DNA of 64,000 nt from Candidatus Poribacteria bacterium (GTDB lineage: Bacteria > Poribacteria > WGA-4E > WGA-3G), in assembly GCA_965242965.1 (NCBI GenBank), contig OZ251518.1, positions 3,648,001-3,712,000 of the forward strand, given 5' to 3'. The position numbers and the translations under genes were made by a program. Shown here in pieces: positions 20,130 to 29,767 of this stretch (position 1 is its first letter; each line of letters opens with the position of its first letter). Below the pieces are notes generated by a model, which saw only the letters and a list, made by a program, of their open reading frames with translations, was not told where the DNA came from and did not search any database.

Positions 20130-22082
20130 CTAACCCGGCGCGAAATCGTAGATGGGCGCGCGGATAATGACGCTGAGGACGCTCCAAAACGCACCGACGC
20201 AGTATTCACCCAAGATAACACCGAAAAAGAAGAATACCATCCGCCGATAAGTGCCAGGGCCCCCGAATCGGAGTGCCAGCCACTTGAGGAAGGAACTAAT
20301 CACGAGGCAACTCCAAAAATAGCCGACACCGAACGTCATTGAGATAGGATACCCTGCAGGATGGAGCGGCCACCAGATAAAGCGCATCCGCATGAACATC
20401 AGGAAAAAAGTGAACCCCATGCCGCCTGCCATGAAACTCATCGCTGGAATATCCGGGTCCCGAGGAAAAGCCAGCAGTCCCGCAAGCCAGCCAAACTGCC
20501 CGATGTGTCCAACGGAAGGACCGATGCCGCCGCCTGCCCCAGTAATCGCACCGCCTAGCCGATAAAGTTCGCTAAGCGTTGCCCAAAATGATGCAAGCGA
20601 ACCGAAAACAACGGCGATAACCATGGCGAGCACCAGACGTTTTGTATTCATTCGGGCACGCTCTGCCATCTTGAACGCCTCAAGTTGATGCGGCATAATG
20701 TGTTCGCGATACCCGCGCCCACTGAAGAACCAGAAATAGGGAAAAACGGTCAGGTTATTCGGCCCGATAGCGCGTGTGCCGAGGATATTGATGAGGAACT
20801 GCTGCGCGTTGCACATGCCTGCCATCTCGTGTGCAGGCGGACCGAGTTCGGCGCGGACGCGCGTGATGGCCAGCGAAATGGCGAAGAAAAATGCGAAGAA
20901 CGGCAAGATAATCGGCAGCGTCATCCCTGCCTTCAGGCAGAACCAGATAATATAGAGGCTCGCGATGAGTATCAGCAGCAGTGCCGTGCGGTAGCGGATA
21001 GGCTCCTGAGAATCGTCAATGCCGCCGCGGAGTCCGACAACGGTGCGCGCGACGTTGGCGAGATGTTTGCGCGTCACAAGCAGCGCGATGACAAAAACCG
21101 CCATCCAGCCGCCGATGGATTGTTCGCTGTTGTAGGGGAAAGGTGCCGGAATACCGACGGCACTACCGAAGACTCGCTGTGCCTTCTCAAATAGGAAGAA
21201 AAACCACATCGAAAAGGAAAGATCGAGCGGCAGCAGGAATCCTAATCCGATAACGAACGGATAGAACGGCACGGGGATATTACCAACGGCGTTCCACGGT
21301 TTCTCGGTGAAGAAACGTCCCCAATTGCGCGCATTATGCCGGACGCTGAAATCGGGGAGCACGGGGAAGAAATGCGCTAAGCCGTGCCAGATGTTCAACG
21401 CCGCGGCGATGATAAACCCGTACCACAGAATCCGATTTTGGAAGAGTTTGGCGGCACCGCCGCCTTCCGTAATTGCCATCGGCAGCTGGATGATGGGATA
21501 GGCGAGTTTCTCGTGCTCTGTCCACTGCTTCCGAATAAGCACATTCAGGCATATCATGATGGTGCCGAGCGCGAGGACGAGCGATGTCCACCACAGCGTC
21601 GGTTTTATCCACGCGCCGCCGATTTTGGCATTGTAAAACGGCGTATCGCCTTCATAAAAGCCGCGGATAATCTCCTTATCTGCGACGACGAGATGCTTCG
21701 GGACATAACTGTGGAACATGTCAGCCCAATCGTTTTCCAGCGTCGCGAACCAGAAGGCGTGCGGCAGTGCCGGGATAGTGAGTGCCAGCGTATCATGCCC
21801 AGCCAAACCGGAGGCGATGGAGAGCATCGCGTAGATGGTAATCATCTCGCCTTGCGTCAATGCCGATTTCGGCGCGACCCGCTTGATAAACAGGTTTATC
21901 AAGATAAGGAAAAAGATGTTGAGGACGACGTTCCAGAAGAGGGAGATAGTCGTGGGATGCCCGGAATGCCAGACACACTCAACTTCGATGACCCAAAATA
22001 CATTGGGGGGTATGAGGAATAAGGCGATGAGGATAGCTCGCCATGTTACGCCCATATCGCGGCGTTTTTCTACGTTTTGCAT
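20130..22082 (-). CDS. Large polytopic membrane protein (DUF6785/DUF6784-like, putative peptide transporter)
   Basis: RKQWTEHEKLAYPI, LGFLLPLDLSFSMWFF, RVRAELG, WWPLHPAGY motifs; many TMs. Confidence 0.75.
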   Translation of the reverse strand: MQNVEKRRDMGVTWRAILIALFLIPPNVFWVIEVECVWHSGHPTTISLFWNVVLNIFFLILINLFIKRVAPKSALTQGEMITIYAMLSIASGLAGHDTLALTIPALPHAFWFATLENDWADMFHSYVPKHLVVADKEIIRGFYEGDTPFYNAKIGGAWIKPTLWWTSLVLALGTIMICLNVLIRKQWTEHEKLAYPIIQLPMAITEGGGAAKLFQNRILWYGFIIAAALNIWHGLAHFFPVLPDFSVRHNARNWGRFFTEKPWNAVGNIPVPFYPFVIGLGFLLPLDLSFSMWFFFLFEKAQRVFGSAVGIPAPFPYNSEQSIGGWMAVFVIALLVTRKHLANVARTVVGLRGGIDDSQEPIRYRTALLLILIASLYIIWFCLKAGMTLPIILPFFAFFFAISLAITRVRAELGPPAHEMAGMCNAQQFLINILGTRAIGPNNLTVFPYFWFFSGRGYREHIMPHQLEAFKMAERARMNTKRLVLAMVIAVVFGSLASFWATLSELYRLGGAITGAGGGIGPSVGHIGQFGWLAGLLAFPRDPDIPAMSFMAGGMGFTFFLMFMRMRFIWWPLHPAGYPISMTFGVGYFWSCLVISSFLKWLALRFGGPGTYRRMVFFFFGVILGEYCVGAFWSVLSVIIRAPIYDFAPG

Positions 22083-22110
22083 TCGTTATTTTTTTTTGCG
22101 TCACTTTCGC

Positions 22111-22235
22111 TTGACATACTCCCTCCGCCTAAAGACGGGGGATTCTGAAGTCTCGCCGCGCTAGGCGCAACTGCAGCAGGTGCAGGCGATAGCCTGTCTG
22201 ACACTGCCTAATTCATGGGTAGATGCCCCTACCCG
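22111..22235 (-). ncRNA. omega-RNA (reRNA) scaffold 3' part, overlapping the tnpB 3' end; guide would be the flank below 22111
   Basis: GGGGCATC...GTGTCAGAC...GAATCCCC...GGGAGTATGTCAA; position as established for TnpB systems; 5' boundary uncertain. Confidence 0.65.
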
Positions 22236-23336
22236 AACAATGTTTATCGCGGCGTTCATATCACGTTCATGATGACGCTGACACCGCGGGCATGTCCACG
22301 TTCTGTCGCGCAGCGTGATAGCGTCATTGACATAGCCGCAGCCGTGACACGTCTTCGTGCTTGGATACCACCTATCGATGCAAGCAACGTTTTTACCACA
22401 CTTGCGCGCCACCTGTCGGATGATAGAAAGGAACTTACTGAAAGCCAAGTCTGAAACCTTCCGTCCCCAGAGTTTTTTCATGGCGGCGATGTTCAGATCT
22501 TCAAAGAAATTCCAATCAAACTGCTCTACAAGATAACGCGCCAGTTTCCAAAAATAGTCTTCACGCTGCCGTGCTATCTTTCGGTGTGTCCGTGCTAATT
22601 CTATCCGCCGTTGATGCCGATGATTACTGCCAACTTCAGAACGGGAGAACCGTCGATTTGCACGTGCAATTGCATTGAGTGAACGTCGAAAGAATTCGGG
22701 GGCTTGTTCTCTCGTTCCATTGCTGGATGTCAGGAATGTTTTGAGTCCAAAGTCATGCCCTGCCGCATTACCAGTCTTGGGCATGAACTCGGTGTATTCC
22801 GCATCTGTGAGAATGGAAATGAACCAGTCACCGACTTTATCTTGTTTCACCGTGACACGTTGCACCTCGCCGACTACCGGGCGAGACAGCCAGAACTTAT
22901 ACCAGCGACCGTTAATACGGATTTTCGCAACGGGACAGCCACCGGGCTTCTTCTTTTCGTAGTCTTCTATCTTGCACTGTCCCGATGAAAATGTCATGGA
23001 CTGCATCTGATAGCGTTTCTTGAACCGCGACGGACGTTTCGCCACTTTCTTGAAGAACCGTTGATACGCCTTGTGAATTCTGTCTATAGACTCCTGGAGC
23101 GTCCAGGAGAAGGGCTGCCGCCACCTGGCGTATTTCGGGAGCCGTTTGAGTTTCGTGAGGTGCTTGCATAACCGATTTCGGCTCGGATGTCTGTAGTCCT
23201 CGCGTTGTCCATACATCCGATAGTGCCGCCGAATCAAGGCGACAAAATGGTTATGCACATGGCAGAGGATATCCAAGTCGCTGCGCAAACGCCACAGCTG
23301 CTTCGGTTGTTGCAATTTATATTTCAGTGTATACAT
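22161..23336 (-). CDS. tnpB: RNA-guided endonuclease TnpB
   Basis: RuvC triad GHDFGLK / FFEDLN / RDMNAAINI and zinc finger CHGC..CPRC; start chosen at MYTLKYKL. Confidence 0.93.
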   Translation of the reverse strand: MYTLKYKLQQPKQLWRLRSDLDILCHVHNHFVALIRRHYRMYGQREDYRHPSRNRLCKHLTKLKRLPKYARWRQPFSWTLQESIDRIHKAYQRFFKKVAKRPSRFKKRYQMQSMTFSSGQCKIEDYEKKKPGGCPVAKIRINGRWYKFWLSRPVVGEVQRVTVKQDKVGDWFISILTDAEYTEFMPKTGNAAGHDFGLKTFLTSSNGTREQAPEFFRRSLNAIARANRRFSRSEVGSNHRHQRRIELARTHRKIARQREDYFWKLARYLVEQFDWNFFEDLNIAAMKKLWGRKVSDLAFSKFLSIIRQVARKCGKNVACIDRWYPSTKTCHGCGYVNDAITLRDRTWTCPRCQRHHERDMNAAINIVRVGASTHELGSVRQAIACTCCSCA

Positions 23337-23436
23337 CGTGGTTACCGTATACCGTGCGTTGCCTCGTTTCAAAAGGTGGCGGGTGACGCAGACAGGTTGC
23401 CTGTGTTGAAACACACCCGCCCACACGGTAACACAC

Positions 23437-23465
23437 ATGATATGATATTCCACCTAAAAAGTCAA
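23437..23465 (-). promoter_or_regulatory. Promoter inside the element left end driving tnpB
   Basis: TTGACT-17 nt-TATCAT. Confidence 0.6.
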
Positions 23466-23579
23466 GGTATTAACCCCCAAAGGGGACAAATACCTGAACT
23501 CTTTTTTTGAATTCCCGGCCCCATGAACGTTTTCTACATCCCGCATGCTAAAGCATGGGATTTGAAAACGGGACGTTCG

Positions 23580-25130
23580 TTAAAAATGTTCAATCGGTGC
23601 GCTTTCCTTGAGTTCCCAGACGTAGTGTCCGAATTCAGCGGCACCGTCCGGAGTGCCGTGGAAGATTTCTGCGTCCAATCCCCAAGCCAATTTGTAGGCG
23701 GCGTGGAGTTGTGTCAACGATTTCGTCACCATGCCGTAGCAGAGGAGTGCGACGGTGCCGCCGCCCCCGCCGCCGGTAATTTTGGCACCGTAGATGCCGC
23801 CTTCTTCGCCGATTTTTTGCGCGATGCTGACGAGTCCGTCCACTTCCGGCGAACCGAGTCCTGCTAAATCGCGATAACTCGCGTTGGATTCATACATGAG
23901 CGCGCCCGCCTCTCGGAGGTAGGCACGGATGCATTCGGGATGCTTGTCCGCGTTTTTCAGTGCGGCGATGAACCGCTTGACACGATGGTTTTCATAAATC
24001 GGATGTTGCACTCGCCGCCTGATGGGATACATTTTCTCCGCATCCACCTGCGTGACAGTATCCACGGTTGCGCCGTATTTTTCAAGGAACTCCTCGCCGG
24101 GCATCTGCTCGGGCAACAGCGGTTCGCACTGTTCGTGGAATTCCTCAACGGAGAGGTTGCACAGATAGTTCGTCTCTAATTTTAACGCGCGCTGCAAGAT
24201 TGTCAAGCCCATAAATGCAGCGGTGCGCGCGTCAATGTAATCGGTGCTTGTCGTGCTGCGCGGTGCTTTCGTATTCACACCGACAAACTTGGCATAGAAC
24301 GGCTTTGACACTCTTTCCAGAATTTCATAAGGTGCCTCGGATGTTGAGGACGTAGGCGGTTGACACCGAATCGAGAGCATCTTTCCCATTTTCCCCGAAA
24401 CCGAAGTCACCTGAGCCATGATACCGCACGGCGCGCCGACAATCCGATTTTCGACGATTTGCGCCACCTGGGCGATGTCCCGTTCGCTTAACTGCAGCTC
24501 ATAAAGTTTGTCAATCGCCATCAACGCCGCGACTTCAATCGCCGCCGATGAAGCAATCCCGGCATCTATCGGAATAGTGCTTTTGAGGACAATCGCGGCA
24601 CCGTGCGGAAAACGTTCGATTTTGCCTTCTTTCAGCAGGGCATAGAACCCGCCGAGGATGTAGCCGCTCCATGCGATTTGCGCGTCCTTATTGAAAAGTT
24701 CACGAACTTGTGCGTAGGTTTTGAGTTCGCCTTCGGCATAGAAATCGTCAAGCGAGAGTTGAACGCCCTGTTTCACCCGCTTGTCTCCAAGCAACACGGT
24801 GTTGCCCGTATCGTTTTCAGGTTTAGTCGTCTGATAGAGATACTGGTTTCCGACACCGAGTGTGACTGCGCGGAGGTGTCTATCTTCGCGCGCTTGACAG
24901 GCGGCGATGGCGATGCGTTCCAGCGTCATTTCAAAGACATTTGCACCGCAGTAATCGGCAATGCCGCCCATGATGTCAAGCCGTGCCGGTGCGCGCGTGA
25001 CGATAACCTTCCCACCCTTCTGCAACCCGAATGGCCCGAAGATGTCGGCGGAGTCTTCTTGGATAAGACGTTCCAAGTCGGAAATTTGGAACGGTTTTAC
25101 GTTGGGACCGCGCAGTTGTTCAACTTTCAT
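23580..25130 (-). CDS. GHMP kinase, galactokinase/L-arabinokinase-like (catalytic Asp replaced)
   Basis: RAPARLDIMGGIADY, PIDAGIASSAA, VENRIVGAPCGIMAQ, GAKITGGGGGG. Confidence 0.85.
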   Translation of the reverse strand: MKVEQLRGPNVKPFQISDLERLIQEDSADIFGPFGLQKGGKVIVTRAPARLDIMGGIADYCGANVFEMTLERIAIAACQAREDRHLRAVTLGVGNQYLYQTTKPENDTGNTVLLGDKRVKQGVQLSLDDFYAEGELKTYAQVRELFNKDAQIAWSGYILGGFYALLKEGKIERFPHGAAIVLKSTIPIDAGIASSAAIEVAALMAIDKLYELQLSERDIAQVAQIVENRIVGAPCGIMAQVTSVSGKMGKMLSIRCQPPTSSTSEAPYEILERVSKPFYAKFVGVNTKAPRSTTSTDYIDARTAAFMGLTILQRALKLETNYLCNLSVEEFHEQCEPLLPEQMPGEEFLEKYGATVDTVTQVDAEKMYPIRRRVQHPIYENHRVKRFIAALKNADKHPECIRAYLREAGALMYESNASYRDLAGLGSPEVDGLVSIAQKIGEEGGIYGAKITGGGGGGTVALLCYGMVTKSLTQLHAAYKLAWGLDAEIFHGTPDGAAEFGHYVWELKESAPIEHF

Positions 25131-26436
25131 CAGTTTTTTTCACGTCGCCGAGGATGCCTTTCTCAAATTGCGAAAGGTTAATCCTTTTAAATTCGCTTCG
25201 CCCGATGTTTTCATAAAATTGCCAGCTCTCAGCATGCTCGCTATCGGCAAATATGCCAAAACGGGTATCAGTTGCCGAGAGGTAGGACTTTAACTGCTCA
25301 TCTCCACTTTGCTCGTATGCCACTTTGCACTCTGCAATAGCGGCGAGTTTGCCTTCTGCGGTAAGAAGCACAACGTCTGCTCTACCGTCTCTGGAACCGA
25401 TGCGAATCTCGCGTTCAAGTTCTATAGAAAAACGCTGATACGCGGGCGTCTTGAAATAACCGACAACTGCTGTCACCACGCGTGCTTCATCACGCGGTTC
25501 AACGAGAAAGAGCTGCGGTGAATCAGGTACCTGCGCAGGCTTTCGTCGTGGCCGGTAAGACGTAAAGAGTTTCAGCAGGGGTTCGGTTTCAGAGACGAAC
25601 TCTGCCTGTCTGCTGCTAATCAGTTCTTGTGTGCCTAGCCCTACTCCAGATAAAGAACGTGAGGATAGCGCGAAGACTTCTCGTTGTTGTTCGCGGGCAT
25701 GCCTTGCTGTTATGAGCGCGCCGCTTCCCCTCGGTGCCTCGCCGATTACGGTGCCTCGCGTTAAACCGCTTATGATACGGTTGCGTTGCGGGAAATTTTT
25801 CCGTCTCACTTCCATGGCCATAGGAAATTCAGAGAGCAGCGCGCCGGATTTCACAATTTGCGCTGCAAGGTCCCGGTTTTCCGGTGGATAAACATCACAC
25901 AGGCCTCTGCCGATTACAGCGAGAGTCCTGCCGCCCGCTTCCAGTGCGCCGCGGTGCGCGCTTTCATCGATGCCACGTGCCAAACCACTCACCACCGTTA
26001 CGTCATGTTTCGCCAGCGCGTAACTGAGTTCATGACTGAGTTGCAGCCCTTCCTCTGTTGACTGACGCGAACCTACCAGGGCAATGCTTTTGTTATCATC
26101 GGCATGGAGTTCGCCTTTTACATAGAGCAAAATCGGCGGATTATTAATCTCCTTCAGCAAAGGTGGATACATTTCGTCATAAAGCGTGATGATGCCGCAT
26201 CCATGGCGTTCAATCAATTCAAGTTCGCGCTGCAAAGGATAGTAAAGCAACTGGTGAACTAAACCCGCAGGCGCGGCACTCCCGGATTCCCACAACTTGC
26301 TTTGCAGTGTCTCGGATGTCGCCTGCAGTGCCGCTTCAGCACTACCGAATGCCTCAACCAACAGTTGAATGGTTTTAGAACCAACCCCCTGCATCAGGTT
26401 GAGATGAATCAGGCTCTTCGTTTCATCGGATAACAT
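25120..26436 (-). CDS. dprA: DNA-processing protein DprA with C-terminal HsdR_N-like PD-(D/E)xK nuclease domain
   Basis: IALVGSR, VVSGLARGIDESAHRGAL, FPQRNRIISGL, SGALITA; C-term GRADVVL..IAECK..EQLKSYL. Confidence 0.88.
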   Translation of the reverse strand: MLSDETKSLIHLNLMQGVGSKTIQLLVEAFGSAEAALQATSETLQSKLWESGSAAPAGLVHQLLYYPLQRELELIERHGCGIITLYDEMYPPLLKEINNPPILLYVKGELHADDNKSIALVGSRQSTEEGLQLSHELSYALAKHDVTVVSGLARGIDESAHRGALEAGGRTLAVIGRGLCDVYPPENRDLAAQIVKSGALLSEFPMAMEVRRKNFPQRNRIISGLTRGTVIGEAPRGSGALITARHAREQQREVFALSSRSLSGVGLGTQELISSRQAEFVSETEPLLKLFTSYRPRRKPAQVPDSPQLFLVEPRDEARVVTAVVGYFKTPAYQRFSIELEREIRIGSRDGRADVVLLTAEGKLAAIAECKVAYEQSGDEQLKSYLSATDTRFGIFADSEHAESWQFYENIGRSEFKRINLSQFEKGILGDVKKTDES

Positions 26437-26507
26437 CGTTTTGCCTCTGTTCGGGTGAAACTTCCGCGTCTCCCCTCAGCAAACAGCCAGTATTCAAATG
26501 TTATCCT

Positions 26508-26536
26508 ATGTTACACGAATTCTATAAATTTGTCAA
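26508..26536 (-). promoter_or_regulatory. Sigma70-type promoter upstream of dprA
   Basis: TTGACA-17 nt-TAACAT. Confidence 0.6.
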
Positions 26537-26613
26537 GAGTTTTTTTCAGCATTGAACGCGGCACGGTGTCATGCTAATTCTTCTTCCACTTTTTGCGCGC
26601 GTATCTCCATCGC

Positions 26614-28218
26614 CTACTGATTGACGACTGCGACGCTTTCTCCCGATTTCAGCGAATGTTGTCCGGCGATGACAACCGCTGTGCCTTCAGCAATTCCGCT
26701 GAGCACCTCGACCTGGCCTTCACGTAAGAGCCCAATCTGCACACTGCGTCGTTGACTCACGCCGTTTTCAACGATGAATACCTCTTGTTGCTCCGTCGCG
26801 GCATCCTCAAGGAGCGCGGCACGCGGGATAAGAATCGCGTCTGCATGCACCTCAATCGGCACGGTGACGTTGGCGAACATACCGGGCTTCAATGTCCCAT
26901 CGGCATTGTCAATGTGAAACTCAACGGTTGCGGTGCGCCGTGCCGCTTGTAAGGTGGGACTAATGAACGCCACCGTGCCGGTGAGCACCGCGGCTATCCC
27001 ATCAATCTCCACAGATGCCAGCTGATTCATGGACAATTGGTTCAACTGCGATTCGATTACGTCAACGGTGGCTTTGACGGTGTCAATGTTGACAATCTCA
27101 AACAGCGGTGCGGCGGGGGTTGCCATGCCGCCAAAATCGAGGGTGCGTTGCGAGATAATCCCAGAAATCGGTGCGTAAATTGTGGCATCCTTCAGCCGTT
27201 TCTTCGCGAGTTTCAGCGCGACCTGGGCTTGCGTGCGCGCCGTTTTCGACGCGGTAATCTCTGCTTCCCAACTCTTGGCGTTCTCTAACGCCTTCGCGGA
27301 GATGAGCGCGGCTCGCGCTGTTTCAACTTGCGATTGCGCCAGCGCGATGTCCTTCTCCCAGGAACGCGTTTCGGCTTGCGCCCGCGCCAACCGCAAGGAT
27401 GCGGCAGCTTGTTCTACCTGCGCCTCCATCGCTTGGATGTCCTCCACGCGCGCGCCATTGTCGATGAGTTGACGTTGTTCTTTAGCAATGTTATACTGCG
27501 CGCTGGCAACGTCTAGCTGCGTCTTCGCGCTCTCAAGAGACTGCTCGCTAATCGCACCATTTTGGAAGAGCTGCGCCATACGCGCATGGTTGCTTTCGGC
27601 GTTGCCAAGATTGGCTTTTGCTTGATTGTAGGAGGCTTCCGCTTGCCGCCTGTCTTCGGCACGAGCACCGTTTCTGATTTTTTCCAGATTGGCGACAAGG
27701 GACTGTAATCCTGCCTCCGCCTGTTCAATTTGTGTCACCGAACGGAGTTCAGCCAGGTCTGCCACCTGTGCTAGCGAGATGGACGCGGCGTTGAGTTGCG
27801 CCTCGGCTTGCGCGATTTGCGAACGGACGCGCACCTCGGCGAGTTGCTGCGTCTGCGAATACGCCGTCTCGGCAGACTCTAATGTTGCTTCGGCTTGTTG
27901 AACGGCGAGTGCTAATTCTTCATGTTCCACAGTGGCAAGGACATCTCCCTTTTGGACGCTGTCGCCTTCATCAACCGGAAGTGCGCTCAGGCGGCCCGCA
28001 ATGTCCGGGAAGACGTTCACTCGTGACTGCGCTTCAATTGTGCCAGAGAGTTGAAGTTCGGCGCGGATTTCGCCGCGTATCGCGTTGCTAATTTCCACCG
28101 GTTTCAGCACGGCGGCTTCGGCTTGTTCTTCTGTCGGGTTTTCGGTTTTCAAGAATCTTGGGACGGTAAGAACCGCTATGACTAAGACAATGATAACCCC
28201 GAGCCATATTCTTTTCAA
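26614..28218 (-). CDS. Efflux periplasmic adaptor (membrane fusion protein) with long coiled-coil hairpin
   Basis: N-terminal TM, VDEGDSVQKGDVLA, IYAPISGII, LKPGMFA. Confidence 0.9.
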   Translation of the reverse strand: MKRIWLGVIIVLVIAVLTVPRFLKTENPTEEQAEAAVLKPVEISNAIRGEIRAELQLSGTIEAQSRVNVFPDIAGRLSALPVDEGDSVQKGDVLATVEHEELALAVQQAEATLESAETAYSQTQQLAEVRVRSQIAQAEAQLNAASISLAQVADLAELRSVTQIEQAEAGLQSLVANLEKIRNGARAEDRRQAEASYNQAKANLGNAESNHARMAQLFQNGAISEQSLESAKTQLDVASAQYNIAKEQRQLIDNGARVEDIQAMEAQVEQAAASLRLARAQAETRSWEKDIALAQSQVETARAALISAKALENAKSWEAEITASKTARTQAQVALKLAKKRLKDATIYAPISGIISQRTLDFGGMATPAAPLFEIVNIDTVKATVDVIESQLNQLSMNQLASVEIDGIAAVLTGTVAFISPTLQAARRTATVEFHIDNADGTLKPGMFANVTVPIEVHADAILIPRAALLEDAATEQQEVFIVENGVSQRRSVQIGLLREGQVEVLSGIAEGTAVVIAGQHSLKSGESVAVVNQ

Positions 28219-28248
28219 TTTGGTTTCTCCCCATTTTCTGTTTGGTGT

Positions 28249-29664
28249 CTATTGTAATTGTTGTCCGATTGCTTTTTCCAACCGTGCTAAGCCGACGACA
28301 TAGTCATGATGCGCCTGAAGCCGGTTGACTTCCGCCTGCGCCAGCGCGAGTTGCGTGTCGGTTAACGCCACGGTGGTAATGATGCCGTTTTCAAATTGGA
28401 TATTCGCGATGCGCACACTCTCGCGTGCTTGCGCCACGGTTTCACGCTGCACCTCCATCAACGTTCGCGCCTCCAAGAGGTTCAGATAGGCGGAACGCAC
28501 CTCAAATTCGACAGCGGATGTCAACCGCGCACTCCCTAATTCTGTCTGTTTGAGGACAGACTCGTTCTGTTGCACCGCTGCCTGCGTCGCAAACCCATCA
28601 AAAATCGGGATGTTAATCCGGAGTCCAAGGCTCCAGATGCGGTTCATCTCCGTGAGTCTTTCATTTTGTGATATTTGGTAATTGCTGAAAAAACTGAAGT
28701 CTGGGAGACGGCGCGTTTTCGCGACATCCACCTGTTTGCGAGCGGCGCGCTCGTTCAATTGCGAACGGCTCATCTCCGGACGATTTTTCAGAGCCTGTTG
28801 TATTAACCCCTCAAGACTGCCAGCCGCTAACGGATGTTCGCCGACGGTTTCCAAAGAACCTTGCACCGAGATAGCCTCGGAGAGCGGGATGTTCAGGAGC
28901 GTCTTATAGCCGTTTTTGGCGATGCGAACCCCGTTCTCGGCGCGGATAAGCTGCGATTGCGCGTTTGCCAGCTGCACCTTCGCGCGCAGCACGTCGAAAT
29001 TCGTCGCCGCCCCTGCTTCAAACGATGCCTCAGCGATGCCGAGTTGCTTCTCAACGAGCGCGACGCTTTGCTGTGCAACACGGACGAACTCTTGCGCTAC
29101 TAAAACGCCGTAAAACGCTTCAGAGACATCTAAACGGAGTTGATGATAGGCAGCGGCGACTTCGCGTTCTACCGCCTGATAACTCAGTTTCGCCGCCTGA
29201 TAGCCGTAGTAGTAGCGTCCCCATGCGAAGACAGGTTGCGTGAGGCTCACCGTGCCTTGCAAATTGTGATGCGCGCCGAATTCCAATTCGATGAGCTCTG
29301 CCTCGTTATCGCCTGTCGGTGTCGGCATCGGTTGCATCTCGTCTCCGTCGCCTGTCCCACCGGGCGGTAGGAAACCGAACCCACCGTCTGCCTGAATTAC
29401 AGACTTTTGGACATCTCTAAAATAGGTATAGTCGCCGTTCGCTGTGATTCGCGGTAAGAGGCCCGCGCGCGCCGCGCGCACCTGCGCCGCCGCCGTTTTC
29501 AGATTCTGTTCCGCTGTCTGAACAGTCAGGTTGCTCTCTTTAGCAATCTCCAAACTTTCATCGAGCGTCAAAACCCGCTGTTCTTGCGCATTGACGGCGA
29601 AGGCGAGCAAACATATCAGAAAGGCTCCGCTCCATGCAATGTCGCGAAACCGGAATAAATTCAT
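28249..29664 (-). CDS. TolC-family outer-membrane efflux protein
   Basis: LTLDESLEIA, LTQPVF, DVLRAKVQL, INIPIFDG, LARLEKAIG; GGAGG RBS before ATG 29664. Confidence 0.92.
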   Translation of the reverse strand: MNLFRFRDIAWSGAFLICLLAFAVNAQEQRVLTLDESLEIAKESNLTVQTAEQNLKTAAAQVRAARAGLLPRITANGDYTYFRDVQKSVIQADGGFGFLPPGGTGDGDEMQPMPTPTGDNEAELIELEFGAHHNLQGTVSLTQPVFAWGRYYYGYQAAKLSYQAVEREVAAAYHQLRLDVSEAFYGVLVAQEFVRVAQQSVALVEKQLGIAEASFEAGAATNFDVLRAKVQLANAQSQLIRAENGVRIAKNGYKTLLNIPLSEAISVQGSLETVGEHPLAAGSLEGLIQQALKNRPEMSRSQLNERAARKQVDVAKTRRLPDFSFFSNYQISQNERLTEMNRIWSLGLRINIPIFDGFATQAAVQQNESVLKQTELGSARLTSAVEFEVRSAYLNLLEARTLMEVQRETVAQARESVRIANIQFENGIITTVALTDTQLALAQAEVNRLQAHHDYVVGLARLEKAIGQQLQ

Positions 29665-29767
29665 CGGAGTGCGTCCTCCTATGTTATGGACGGCCACGGC
29701 TTTTCACATCCATGGCCGCCTGTGGATAATGTGGATGGATAGACATCCACCCTGACAACCCAAAAAC

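Larger units (their letters stand above)
22111..23579 (-). mobile_element. IS200/IS605-family element carrying tnpB only (IS1341-like)
   Basis: Right end GAATCCCCCGTCTTTAGGCGGAGGGAGTATGTCAA, left-end hairpin ATCCCATGCTTTAGCATGCGGGAT, TTAA immediately outside the left end; no tnpA. Confidence 0.85.
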
